From the IMG/VR virus record IMGVR_UViG_3300035502_000313, positions 32,001 through 96,000 of that record: 64,000 bases of DNA; one strand, 5' to 3'. Below are positions 48,367 to 58,977 of the stretch, one piece after another. A program made the position numbers and the translations under genes. The notes under the pieces were generated by a model. The model ran no database searches. It was not told the origin of the DNA and worked only from the letters and a program-made list of their open reading frames with translations. Within the stretch, counting starts at the first letter, position 1, and every line of letters starts with the position of its first letter. This stretch comes from a virus. Taxonomy: Duplodnaviria > Caudoviricetes.

Positions 48367-49581
48367 TTATTCTCCGAATGCCTCCATAGCGTCCATTACA
48401 GTAAATTTCTCTGTACTGTCATGAAATGCTTTCATCATAACATTCTTAACTGAACTAGCTAATTGAGGGGTAGCAGTACCGATGTTTGGTGTATTGAGCA
48501 AATAGTATATATCACCAGCACACTTGTTACAGATACATTCATTTTTACATAGAGAAGAGAAACGCATCTTTACTGTCTTATTCTTATATTTATCCATATT
48601 AGTACTATCTAGACGGATTAATTTATTACCTTCTACTATATAAGAATACATTAGAAGATTCATATGGTTTTTATCTAAGGTTACTGTAATAGTACGTTTA
48701 GTACCACAATCACTACCTTTAGGACCTAGTTTAACATGTTGGAATGCTAATAAGAATTTCTTTTCTTCATATCCCCATGTTGCAGTTTTTCTTGCACGAG
48801 AATATGGTCCTGCTGCCAATGAGTTAGACATAGCAGCATAATCATCTTTAGAGATACCTTCTGAATAACATGATTTAATAATATTATATCCCTTTGTTGG
48901 GTCTGGGTCTTTTGTAGCACCTTTAACTACATACATGTTTTTAAAGTTGTTTGATAAGTCCGCACCAGCACCAGCTTTGATATTGTCCCAAGCAGGATCA
49001 TCTTTTAGTTTCTCTTCACAATAGGCTAATAACTCATCTTCTATTTTCTTCATTATAAATGCATCGCCTGCTGCTAATTCTTTCTCATACTTTTTGAACA
49101 ATTCTTTTTTCTTTGGTTCTATTGTTTTTGAGATTAATAACATGTCTTCTGAAGAAGTTGTGCAAATTACTGTTGAGTAGTTCATAAACTTCTGACAACA
49201 TAAAATCCATTGTTTAAACTGTTCTACTGTAACTCTATCTTCCATAATAGCAAGAGATAGTTTATCATTTATATCACCATATACACCTTTATTTACCGGT
49301 TTATTGATATATCCAATCTCATCAAAGATTCCTGAATAATCGATACATCCTTTATTAAAGAACCATGCTCCGACAGTAGTAACAAATTCATTCTTATTGT
49401 TATGATATGTCTTTGGAGGTACCTTCATTACATCATATGTATTGAACTTCTTTTTACCATTGAACTCACCAAAGCATTCCATAAATACACTTGTCTTTAA
49501 ACAATCTTCATTAGAAAGTGATAAGATATAATCACGTTCTGTATCTGTAATCATTCTAGATTTTCTTTTCTTAACAGCCAT
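48367..49581 (-). CDS. RNA polymerase beta' subunit, C-terminal part (virion RNAP type)
   Basis: Bridge-helix-like KTATWGYEEKKF, DCGT, RFSSLC...ICNKCAG, NIG...MKAFH (trigger loop); start 49581 behind AAGGAGG; AACA-N6-TA at 49609-49620. Confidence 0.88.
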   Translation of the reverse strand: MAVKKRKSRMITDTERDYILSLSNEDCLKTSVFMECFGEFNGKKKFNTYDVMKVPPKTYHNNKNEFVTTVGAWFFNKGCIDYSGIFDEIGYINKPVNKGVYGDINDKLSLAIMEDRVTVEQFKQWILCCQKFMNYSTVICTTSSEDMLLISKTIEPKKKELFKKYEKELAAGDAFIMKKIEDELLAYCEEKLKDDPAWDNIKAGAGADLSNNFKNMYVVKGATKDPDPTKGYNIIKSCYSEGISKDDYAAMSNSLAAGPYSRARKTATWGYEEKKFLLAFQHVKLGPKGSDCGTKRTITVTLDKNHMNLLMYSYIVEGNKLIRLDSTNMDKYKNKTVKMRFSSLCKNECICNKCAGDIYYLLNTPNIGTATPQLASSVKNVMMKAFHDSTEKFTVMDAMEAFGE

Positions 49582-49706
49582 ACTTAATTCCTCCTTAATT
49601 GGGTATTTTATACTATTGTTGAATTCCATGATAATTAACAAGATAACCATATATTATAAAAATGGAGAAATGGCAACTCTCTAATAATAGAAAAGGAGGT
49701 TATCAT

Positions 49707-50162
49707 ATGGCAGTTATAATAACACCTATGGATAATAAACAACAACAGCCGACACCTAGATATGTGTCTATAACAGAGGCTATGCCTTTAAAGAAAGCAA
49801 GCGTAAACATAATACCATCAAAGACTCTTATAATCAATGAACTCAATGTTACTATTGTACAAGACTTTGATGAAGAAATCGATTTTAAAATCGATACAAA
49901 ACCTGGAGTGTTATCTGATAATAAAACTATCCCTAAGCTTGATATAACAGCAAAAGAGGATATTGAATTTGATGAGGACTTAACACTCGCAAGATTAGAA
50001 AGTATTATACGTCGTTGTGGTATATTAGATGATTATAAAGGGTATTTTACTAATGATCCTGAGATAATAATCAATCAATATACTCTTACAATTAAGAAGA
50101 CATATAGATATTTTAATGAATTCAGAGAAGGTATTATGATAGCTGGTGACATTGTAAGTTAA
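49707..50162 (+). CDS. hypothetical protein
   Basis: ATG at 49707 behind AAGGAGG; AACC-N6-TA at 49645-49656. Confidence 0.7.
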   Translation: MAVIITPMDNKQQQPTPRYVSITEAMPLKKASVNIIPSKTLIINELNVTIVQDFDEEIDFKIDTKPGVLSDNKTIPKLDITAKEDIEFDEDLTLARLESIIRRCGILDDYKGYFTNDPEIIINQYTLTIKKTYRYFNEFREGIMIAGDIVS

Positions 50163-50210
50163 AACAGTGTCATCAACTTATGAATAATAACTTAACTAGG
50201 AGGAAATAAC

Positions 50211-51788
50211 ATGTACTCAACAGAAAACTATGATTACCTTTATGAGAAATTACAAGAGTTTTATCAAGTAAAGATAAATGGTAATTATCCGTTCAATATA
50301 CCGTTGAACGAAAATGGACAGCCGACATACAAAATCGAAACACGTATAATTCCTATCAACTTTGATGAGGAATGTGAGAAGGATATCATTTCTGGTAATG
50401 GTTTCTATATAACAAAGAAACAAGATATCAAGAAAGATATTCGTTCAGAGGACAGTATATTCTCTTCAAGATACGGTCTTCAGATTGACGATATGACTCC
50501 GTTTGGTGACATATATAAATGTAAATGTGGAAGAACCATGATGAAGGTAAATAATGGATTGCTTTGTCCAATATGTCATACTAAGGTTCGTTATGTTGGT
50601 AATGACTTTAGTATTACTGGATGGATTAAGATAAATGACTATACTGTCATTCATCCAAATATGTTCAAGAAACTTATTGCCTTTATAGGCAAAAAGAATC
50701 TTGATGCTATAATCAATTTCGATAATAAGATTGATGAAGATGGATTTGTTATTGAGAAAGAACAGACAAAGTCTAATCCATTCATTGGAATTGGTTTTGA
50801 AGAAATGAAAGAAAGATTCGATGAGATTCTTGAGTTCTTCAGAAACAAGTATAAGTCTAATGTAAATAAGATGGCTTACTATGAGGATATTATAACGTAT
50901 AAAGACTTAGTGTTTACACATTGTCTTCCTGTATATACTTCTCAGTTAAGACCATTCTCTATTAAACAGAATAGATTTAACTTCGAGGGTAATAATGCGT
51001 TATATAACGTTATTGCTGGTCTTGCTGCTAAATTAAACAGTGACAAGATATTCTCAAGAGGAAGAAAGAAACCTACTAATCAGATTCTGTATGATATTCA
51101 AATGAAGTATATGGAAATATATGCTGATCTTGAAAAGATTATTGCACAGAAGAAAGGATATATTCGTTCTCTTAATGGTGGACGTTGTAACTTCACTGCA
51201 AGAAACGTTATTATTCCTGACCCTAATCTGAGAATTGATGAAGTAATTCTTCCATATCCTACACTTGTAGAACTTATGAGTTTGACTATCATTAATATCC
51301 TGTCAAAAACCTATAGTCCTTCAGAAGCATATCGTATTTGGGATGAATCACGTATTGAGTATAATCCTGTTATTGCTGATCTTATTCAGAATATAATTGA
51401 TAATCAGTATGTAGCAGTAATCCTCAATCGTAATCCAAGTATTTCACCAGCATCTATTATTCAGCTTCATGTAATCGGAGTTACAAAAGATGACACATAC
51501 AGTTGTCATGTACCTCACGAGATTCTTAAATCAATGGGTGCAGATTTCGATGGCGATACTCTCAATATAATGCTTATCATTAATGACGAATTTCTGATTA
51601 ATTCAGCAAAGTTATTTAATCCTCGTCTTAGTATGCAGGTATCTTATAACGATGGAATGTTTAATGGAAAGATGTCATTACAGACTGATACAATGATTTG
51701 TATCAATTCATTTACTCAGCTTGGCATTGATGAAATTACCGATGAAGAATATTCAATGATTGAAGCTTGTCAGAATTACAAAGAATAA
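50211..51788 (+). CDS. RNA polymerase beta' subunit, N-terminal catalytic part (probably virion RNAP)
   Basis: Zinc ribbon CKCG...CPIC, KKGYIR...GGRCNFTARNVI.PDP, LNRNPSI, catalytic GADFDGD; AACT-N6-TA at 50175-50186. Confidence 0.92.
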   Translation: MYSTENYDYLYEKLQEFYQVKINGNYPFNIPLNENGQPTYKIETRIIPINFDEECEKDIISGNGFYITKKQDIKKDIRSEDSIFSSRYGLQIDDMTPFGDIYKCKCGRTMMKVNNGLLCPICHTKVRYVGNDFSITGWIKINDYTVIHPNMFKKLIAFIGKKNLDAIINFDNKIDEDGFVIEKEQTKSNPFIGIGFEEMKERFDEILEFFRNKYKSNVNKMAYYEDIITYKDLVFTHCLPVYTSQLRPFSIKQNRFNFEGNNALYNVIAGLAAKLNSDKIFSRGRKKPTNQILYDIQMKYMEIYADLEKIIAQKKGYIRSLNGGRCNFTARNVIIPDPNLRIDEVILPYPTLVELMSLTIINILSKTYSPSEAYRIWDESRIEYNPVIADLIQNIIDNQYVAVILNRNPSISPASIIQLHVIGVTKDDTYSCHVPHEILKSMGADFDGDTLNIMLIINDEFLINSAKLFNPRLSMQVSYNDGMFNGKMSLQTDTMICINSFTQLGIDEITDEEYSMIEACQNYKE

Positions 51789-51838
51789 AAATGGGCAGGT
51801 GGTATTTGTTACCACCTGCTTTATTTTTTGTTATAATA

Positions 51839-52897
51839 TTAGTAATACAGATAATATGTGATATCAATTCCCTTAGAATAATCAATAAGAGCTTCGTTAG
51901 GGAAGTTGAATCTAGTGAATGGTCTAATATCAGCATACATAAGTTCATCATTCTTAAGATAAGGAATTGCTGTACACAATGAAATAGTATTAATCTTAGA
52001 ATCATTGTTTCCTACAGAACGATTGAAATATTCTCTACAATCAGATGCAGAAACACTCATCTTAAGTTTTACAACAACTTCACCCTCAGATGAACGCTTA
52101 TCTTTCCATACATCATCTACAGCTTCAAGACCTGTACTATCATCAGCATACTGACGAATAAGGATAGGATCCTCATCAAATGTCTTAAAGAAGTATCCAA
52201 TTGCATTGTTTGTCTGCATACGTCCAAAGTACTGTTTTCTATATGTAGTAGACAAATCAGCATCTGTTGTTCTATACTTAAATGGAATCAAACATGTTAA
52301 ATCACCACTATTAGATGTAGGATATGTATTGTTACCACCAGTACCATCATTGTAATCCCAATAACCATATGGTGCAATCCATTTAGTATTATGAACCTTG
52401 AATACACGAGATGCTTCGATACCACAACCATCGATACCTACACACCATAGACAAACACGACGTGCTACATGTCTATATAATGTATGTGCTGAATGATCAT
52501 CAATACTAAGACTCTTAAATGGTGTTAGCATACTATTCTGACCACTTTCACCAGTATAGAATGTATAGCCAACACTACTAGAGAAATCATCCATAGAGAT
52601 TGGAACTTCTACACTATCAGGTGTCTTAAATGATTTAGAAGCAGCTTTAAATGCAGCATCATAGCTAGGAATAGATTCAAGATAATCAACATCACCAACA
52701 AAGTTATCATAATCGAAATCTTTAATTGCATTGAACTCAGAACCAGAAATAATTACTTTGTTACTTCCACGAAACAAAACCTTTCCGCTGTCAAGTGACT
52801 TAAGAATAATATCAGTACCTTTGATGTTAGCTCCATCACTTTTAAGGATATTACCTTTTCCAGCATTATCATCAAAGATTTTAAGTTGTTTATTCAT
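51839..52897 (-). CDS. hypothetical virion/baseplate protein
   Basis: 352 aa, RBS AAGGAGG; in an operon with a large structural-like gene. Confidence 0.7.
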   Translation of the reverse strand: MNKQLKIFDDNAGKGNILKSDGANIKGTDIILKSLDSGKVLFRGSNKVIISGSEFNAIKDFDYDNFVGDVDYLESIPSYDAAFKAASKSFKTPDSVEVPISMDDFSSSVGYTFYTGESGQNSMLTPFKSLSIDDHSAHTLYRHVARRVCLWCVGIDGCGIEASRVFKVHNTKWIAPYGYWDYNDGTGGNNTYPTSNSGDLTCLIPFKYRTTDADLSTTYRKQYFGRMQTNNAIGYFFKTFDEDPILIRQYADDSTGLEAVDDVWKDKRSSEGEVVVKLKMSVSASDCREYFNRSVGNNDSKINTISLCTAIPYLKNDELMYADIRPFTRFNFPNEALIDYSKGIDITYYLYY

Positions 52898-52911
52898 ACA
52901 AGTATACCTCC

Positions 52912-55900
52912 TTATGGTAATAAAATATTACCGTTACTATCTTGCTGAACTTCTCCAGTATAATAAACGGTATTCATTTCAAGTTTTTCACTAGGACCAA
53001 TTTTATCTTTAAAGATTAGTTTTGACGTTAAATTTGGATAATCAAATCTATGACCATAAATCTTCTCAGCAAATCCAAAGTCTATAGTGTAAGGTTCGTA
53101 ATGTACATCATTCATTTGTAAATCTTCCCCAACTTTTATAGGGTCTTTATATACTGTATGATTTTCAAAATACTTATATTCTTTAGGACGAACCTTTTCA
53201 AGTAAATTATCAAACGTTGTATTATAATACATATCATCAAGTATATGTACATGGTTATTATATGGGTCATCAATTATATAACTTACAGTAGTATCAAGAA
53301 TCTGTGTTTTCCAAGACTTGAAGAATACTACCATCTTCATTATATAATTCTGAATATTCTCTATATTAGCAGTAGGAATAAGATTGAATAAATAACGCCA
53401 TTCAGACTTATCAAAGTACTTCTCAAGTGCTTCTACAATAAGTTCACATAATGTTTCTATTCTTTTCTTTTTCTCATCAGATGGCATATATCTTACAACA
53501 GAATCATTGTCATCAACCTTTACTGGTACGTTATCGTAATTATATTTCAAATCAATCAATAGAGCATATAATGATGGATTACGATACTCTAAGAAGTCAT
53601 AATAACTTTCTGCAATCTTCTTTGTAATAATTACTTCCTTACCATTAGTAACTTTCTCAGACTTATCTACTATTTCAACAGTATAATTACCATCCTCATC
53701 TTCTATAATAACATACTTCTTATTCTCATCTATAATAACATTACCATCGCTATCAAGATCAACAGGAATCTTAATAGATGGATTATCATTATAAACAAGA
53801 TAATTCTGTTCATTTACATTAAATGTAAAGAAATGATTCTCAGAACTTGGGAAGAAATATGTTTCTCTTCCTAACTGATTTTGTTCATCATAATGAACAA
53901 TATATTCTTTTACTTCTTCACCGTTAATAGTTCTCATATTATAGAAACAATCATAAACTTCGCTAGGATTTGCTATATTATAATATTCACAAACTTTGAA
54001 GTTGGTTTCTACAGCCTTTTTATAATCGAACTGATAATAAGCTACTTTGTTTGTCTCTAAATCAGTACCTTCGAATATAGGAAATCCATTAGGATCACAT
54101 TCTACTTCATCTGATAATGTAAGATAATATAACTCACTAGTATCATTCTCATTAGTATATACAGGATTTCCATTTCTATCAATCTGACCATAGTAATCAT
54201 GATTCATCTTTGTTTCCATAAATGAGTCAAATAGAACTTTGTATATATCATACATACGTTTAGATTCAGCATGTCTTAGCATATATGTCAGATGATCATA
54301 TAGATTTGTATTACTATAATAAATCTTCTTTAGATAATTAATTTTATCTAAATCAGTAATACTCTCATCTGTAAGTGTAGTAAGTATCTCAGTATCTAAC
54401 CAAAGACCATGAGAGTTATTATCACTATCAGGATATTGAGTAGGCTCCCATGCTATATTCAATACAGTTAATTCACCAGTAGTACTTACTAAAGGATGAT
54501 GTTTAAGATTATAATTCCATATCTCAGAAGAACCAAAATCTAATTCCATATCAATAGTAGTAGCACAATCTTCACTACACTGTTCATAACGACCACTAAG
54601 AAAAGCACCTACAGCTGGGTCTGGAACTTTACTATGATCCACAGAGTCAGGAGGCATAGGAATACGATTATTTATTGGAGAACCAGTAGGTTGATTTTCC
54701 TCATCTGAATAAGAGAATATAGGTTCATTATTCTCATTATATCCATATATAGGATATCCGAAATATGCTTTAACTTCTACATAGTCTTCTTCGTCACTAC
54801 AATAAGCTGTACCATAAGATACAGTATCATCGTATATTTCAGTTAACCAACCTTTTCCCATAGGATCCATTCCATATCCTACATTAGTATGAGATACACC
54901 AAACTCATCTATATAAGTATATTCATGAATCTCATTATCATAGTTATTATTGATATAACACTTATTCTCAAGATAGTTATATATTGTAGACCAGTCCGTA
55001 TCAAAGTTAAATCCATTGATATACATATTCTTTTCCATATCGCTAGCAATATTATCTGGTTCTGTACCATTATATATAAAATTAAGAGCAATAGCAAAAG
55101 TAAGCAAATCATTTAATCTAACTTTATCATCAGATATTTCTGAGTCAACTTCAACCATCAAATCTTCTTCATCCATATGCTTATCATATAGCATATTCAT
55201 AAAGTAACTTACTTGATATGACATCTTTACTAAATCTATATTAGCTTCTACAGCTATATATTTAGTACGTTCAATAGTAAAGTCTTTATTTAGAATCTCT
55301 TGTTTCTTAGATTGATGTAACTTATCACGTTCTTCATCAGTAAGAAGATCAAATGTAGATACACCATCCCAGAAAGGATCTGCTAAAGTAATTGAGTCGT
55401 AACTTCTTCTCAAATCTCTACGTTCTATAACAGCATATGCATTAGGATCTAGAATAGGTACTTTTAAGAAACACAAATCATAGTTCTTTCTATAGTATTC
55501 CAATCCAAGCATATCTTTAGTGATTACTTCATAAACATATGCAGACTTATATATAGGAACATTATCTCCAGTATGAATAGTAATTTCATCACCTAATTCA
55601 AGCTCATCTAATGATTTACCTGTCTTAGATACAACTTGACTAATATCCATCCATCCTGTATATCTAGGGGTTGGATTATTAATAGAATCATAAGCCATAT
55701 CATCAAACACAGCTTCAATAAATACTCTAGTAGATATTATATAGCTTTCTCTAAATGCTTTCGTATACTTTGTATACAAGTCACCCAATTTATTATAATT
55801 AGCAGAGAACGAGCCATCAGAATTAAATATATAATTCTTATTATCAGACGTATAATATTCCGTAGTTTCAGGATCATCTGAAGCATCTTTATATTTATAT

Positions 55901-57747
55901 TCATTCCATACCATAAATGGAATAGTATGATTTAAGATATATCTATCATCAGATTCAAGAAAATCAGTAAAAAGACTTTCTATACCATGTGTGTTACAAT
56001 ACTTTTCTGTTATCAATGTGTCTGCTGTATAGAATAACGACTCTAGCTCAGCATCAGTTATATCATCAAGTGTTCTATTATTAAATTTTTCAGCAATTCC
56101 ATCATAATCAAATATACCTAGAATGCTATATAATCTATACTTGATTCTTCTGAAGTTATATTGGTTTAGAGCAAATGAATCATCAGCAGTTTCTTCATTA
56201 AATACAATTCTAATAAGATTAGTAAGAGCATTCTTATACCTATTTAGAAACACGTTTCTATTTGCTAAATATTCTTTTGAACTTGGTTTAGATTCATCTA
56301 TATTATAATTGTCTGTTCCAAACCATGGTAAACCTTTATTATTAAGAGCAACAGTGTTTAAGAAGTCTAATACAAAACTACCATTATTTATTGTATCTGT
56401 AGCTATATCTATAGTTTCAGCATACTTACTAACGATAGGTTGTGAATCACTCATACTTATAGCTCTATTACTAGCAGTATCAGGTTCTCCTTCATCTATA
56501 AGATAGTAATTATATAAGTACGTTCTAATAAAGTTTTCTTTTGTAACTTTGCCATCATCATTCTTAGTAACAGTTATATCATCTTGATTAGTATGTACAT
56601 TCATTAATGGTACTTTGTTATTAGATATATCTTCAGGTCTTCCTACATACATTACTACATCAGTATTAACGTATCTAGGATTTATATCACTCTCTTCATA
56701 ATAATAGAAGTTATCTCTATTGATAGCCTTGATTTTCATTAGATAATACGTAAATACAGTAATAGTATCATCATCAAACAATTCAAGAATATCAGTAATG
56801 TTTCTATGAGATGATTTATATTTAAGAAGAGTGTTTACGTTCTTAATAATACGAATCTGATATTTAGTTGGAATCTCTTTATAATAAGCAATACCATAAG
56901 ATTCAAATAGATAACGTATAGTTCTAGAGTCAAATACATCTTTATTAATGATATACTCTTGTACTTCAGAAATCATATCTACCATTGTTTGTATAATGAT
57001 AAGAATCTGTATAAATGCATCATAATGATATGACATAAATCTATAAGCTTCAGAGTATACAGTAGACATAGTATATCTTCTGTTTCTATCATACATTCTC
57101 TTGAACTTATTTTCTATAATATCAAATGTATTAAGACTAGGACAATATAACATTGCAAAGTTTACAGCCTTACGAGCAGTATAGAAATCAACCCTTTTAT
57201 CTCCTAAATGATAGATATATTGATAGTGAGGGTCTTCAGCATAATCAGCCTTAATCTGGTCTAATATACCACCCTCTACAGATATTACTGATAAATCTTC
57301 AGTATTCAGTTCATGAAGATACTTACCTTCATATTTCTCATCATATTGTCCGACATCTATAAAGTATTTTTCATAGAGTTCTGGTATTACATATGCATTT
57401 CCGATATCCACATATATAGAATCATCATAACCAGTTGCTGAGAAATAAGCGTTTTCATCATTTAATGTATATGCTGGTGGTAATCCATTAAGCATTCTAT
57501 AATAGCTATTCCATTCCATATATGATGCATCAGAGTACTCACCGTCTTTAATATAGTTCCAGTTGCCTTCTTTATATTTAATATATTGACCAGCCAAAGT
57601 AGCAGACCTAGCATCTTCATAATGAAGAGCCTGATTCTCATTTTTAACAACACAGTTCATTCCAAGAATCTTTACACAATTGACTATAAGGTCTATATAT
57701 GGGTTATCTGTATATTTCATATCAAACTCATAATTATATCTAGCCAA
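52912..57747 (-). CDS. large virion (baseplate-like) protein
   Basis: 1611 aa, TTG start behind AAAGGAGG; YLFESYG...IIKNVNTLLKYKSS..NI.DILELF resembles the baseplate-wedge 'L...KGT...i..il' motif. Confidence 0.7.
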   Translation of the reverse strand: MARYNYEFDMKYTDNPYIDLIVNCVKILGMNCVVKNENQALHYEDARSATLAGQYIKYKEGNWNYIKDGEYSDASYMEWNSYYRMLNGLPPAYTLNDENAYFSATGYDDSIYVDIGNAYVIPELYEKYFIDVGQYDEKYEGKYLHELNTEDLSVISVEGGILDQIKADYAEDPHYQYIYHLGDKRVDFYTARKAVNFAMLYCPSLNTFDIIENKFKRMYDRNRRYTMSTVYSEAYRFMSYHYDAFIQILIIIQTMVDMISEVQEYIINKDVFDSRTIRYLFESYGIAYYKEIPTKYQIRIIKNVNTLLKYKSSHRNITDILELFDDDTITVFTYYLMKIKAINRDNFYYYEESDINPRYVNTDVVMYVGRPEDISNNKVPLMNVHTNQDDITVTKNDDGKVTKENFIRTYLYNYYLIDEGEPDTASNRAISMSDSQPIVSKYAETIDIATDTINNGSFVLDFLNTVALNNKGLPWFGTDNYNIDESKPSSKEYLANRNVFLNRYKNALTNLIRIVFNEETADDSFALNQYNFRRIKYRLYSILGIFDYDGIAEKFNNRTLDDITDAELESLFYTADTLITEKYCNTHGIESLFTDFLESDDRYILNHTIPFMVWNEYKYKDASDDPETTEYYTSDNKNYIFNSDGSFSANYNKLGDLYTKYTKAFRESYIISTRVFIEAVFDDMAYDSINNPTPRYTGWMDISQVVSKTGKSLDELELGDEITIHTGDNVPIYKSAYVYEVITKDMLGLEYYRKNYDLCFLKVPILDPNAYAVIERRDLRRSYDSITLADPFWDGVSTFDLLTDEERDKLHQSKKQEILNKDFTIERTKYIAVEANIDLVKMSYQVSYFMNMLYDKHMDEEDLMVEVDSEISDDKVRLNDLLTFAIALNFIYNGTEPDNIASDMEKNMYINGFNFDTDWSTIYNYLENKCYINNNYDNEIHEYTYIDEFGVSHTNVGYGMDPMGKGWLTEIYDDTVSYGTAYCSDEEDYVEVKAYFGYPIYGYNENNEPIFSYSDEENQPTGSPINNRIPMPPDSVDHSKVPDPAVGAFLSGRYEQCSEDCATTIDMELDFGSSEIWNYNLKHHPLVSTTGELTVLNIAWEPTQYPDSDNNSHGLWLDTEILTTLTDESITDLDKINYLKKIYYSNTNLYDHLTYMLRHAESKRMYDIYKVLFDSFMETKMNHDYYGQIDRNGNPVYTNENDTSELYYLTLSDEVECDPNGFPIFEGTDLETNKVAYYQFDYKKAVETNFKVCEYYNIANPSEVYDCFYNMRTINGEEVKEYIVHYDEQNQLGRETYFFPSSENHFFTFNVNEQNYLVYNDNPSIKIPVDLDSDGNVIIDENKKYVIIEDEDGNYTVEIVDKSEKVTNGKEVIITKKIAESYYDFLEYRNPSLYALLIDLKYNYDNVPVKVDDNDSVVRYMPSDEKKKRIETLCELIVEALEKYFDKSEWRYLFNLIPTANIENIQNYIMKMVVFFKSWKTQILDTTVSYIIDDPYNNHVHILDDMYYNTTFDNLLEKVRPKEYKYFENHTVYKDPIKVGEDLQMNDVHYEPYTIDFGFAEKIYGHRFDYPNLTSKLIFKDKIGPSEKLEMNTVYYTGEVQQDSNGNILLP

Positions 57748-57775
57748 TGATATCTACCTCCTTTCATTAAAGATA

Positions 57776-58231
57776 TTATAAGGCAGTTCTATTGTGTTCT
57801 ATAACAAATGTAGTTACCTTAAAGTAAACTCTCTTAGCAATAATGTCGAATATTGCATCTTCATTATAATATAATGCTAACTGCTTAAGCATTACAGGAG
57901 ATATTCTATCACTTACAAGTGCACAAATATCTTTACTGATTTTAATTTCGTCTTCTTCTTTAATATACCAATCTGTTTTATATACAAGATTCATTAAAGA
58001 ATACTCTTGGAAACAGCTCTCTATTACTTTATCAAGTCTGGTTTCAATATCTTCAGTTACATTCAAATGTGTGTCTATGTCATATTTTCTAAGCTCTAGT
58101 TCATCATACTTGAATGCAAGCCATTTACTAAATAGCTTAGATATTACAATCTCACTGCACAGTATTACTATCAGAATTATTCCAAAAATAATAAGGGTTT
58201 GGAGATTCAATTGTGTGTAAAGCACTTCCAT
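57776..58231 (-). CDS. membrane protein (N-terminal TM)
   Basis: Hydrophobic LIIFGIILIVILCSEIVI segment. Confidence 0.7.
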   Translation of the reverse strand: MEVLYTQLNLQTLIIFGIILIVILCSEIVISKLFSKWLAFKYDELELRKYDIDTHLNVTEDIETRLDKVIESCFQEYSLMNLVYKTDWYIKEEDEIKISKDICALVSDRISPVMLKQLALYYNEDAIFDIIAKRVYFKVTTFVIEHNRTAL

Positions 58232-58889
58232 AATTCTTCTCACTCCAGTTCTGAATTTCGTTTGCCAATGTTAAAAGTTCATTATCATTAGATTCTGGTT
58301 CTCTCTGAGCTAGTCTTATATAATATAATAACTTAGCACAAATCTCTGGTGTAATACCATTATAATATGTCTTGATTAATTCAGTCCATTTACCAAAAAT
58401 CTGATTAGGATGTACATAGAACAGATCATCGTTATGATATAACTGATGTACAGTTTTACTCATCATAATAATGGGTACTCTATTTTGTTTATGCTCTTCT
58501 CTCAATCCACCAACAATGTGAAATGTTGATACATAACCATATGTATTTAGATAATGCTCGGCGATTAATAATGCAATATCAAATATTGTCAAGATGACAT
58601 GGTTCATTTCTAACTCAGCCATATCAGAGTTTATATTATGTAAATACGAACAATGATCAAGTCCTAGACTCATAAGATTAGCTTTGTATTCTTTATAAAA
58701 CCTGCTATGTCTAAATTGTGCAATAGCGTTATTAATAAATCTACTATAGCTATCAATATCTGCTAATGTTTCTTTGGTTTGCATAAGACTAATTTCATAT
58801 ACAGAACTAGGGCTTCTGAGCGTAGGATTTCCGTTGTTTAAGTATCCTATAATATCAGGAAATTCATTTCCATTAAGAATCATATCCAA
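58152..58889 (-). CDS. HNH-like fold protein, paralog of 16165-16941
   Basis: FRHSRFYK...C...LEMNH..LTIFDI...PIIMMSKTVHQLYH; AACT-N6-TA at 58918-58929. Confidence 0.6.
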   Translation of the reverse strand: MDMILNGNEFPDIIGYLNNGNPTLRSPSSVYEISLMQTKETLADIDSYSRFINNAIAQFRHSRFYKEYKANLMSLGLDHCSYLHNINSDMAELEMNHVILTIFDIALLIAEHYLNTYGYVSTFHIVGGLREEHKQNRVPIIMMSKTVHQLYHNDDLFYVHPNQIFGKWTELIKTYYNGITPEICAKLLYYIRLAQREPESNDNELLTLANEIQNWSEKNYGSALHTIESPNPYYFWNNSDSNTVQ

Positions 58890-58977
58890 TTTACTTACCT
58901 CCTTAACAAGTTGATATTACTAAATAGTTGAGGCTTGAAGAATTGATATATAATTTGTAAAAGTCATAATAATTGAA

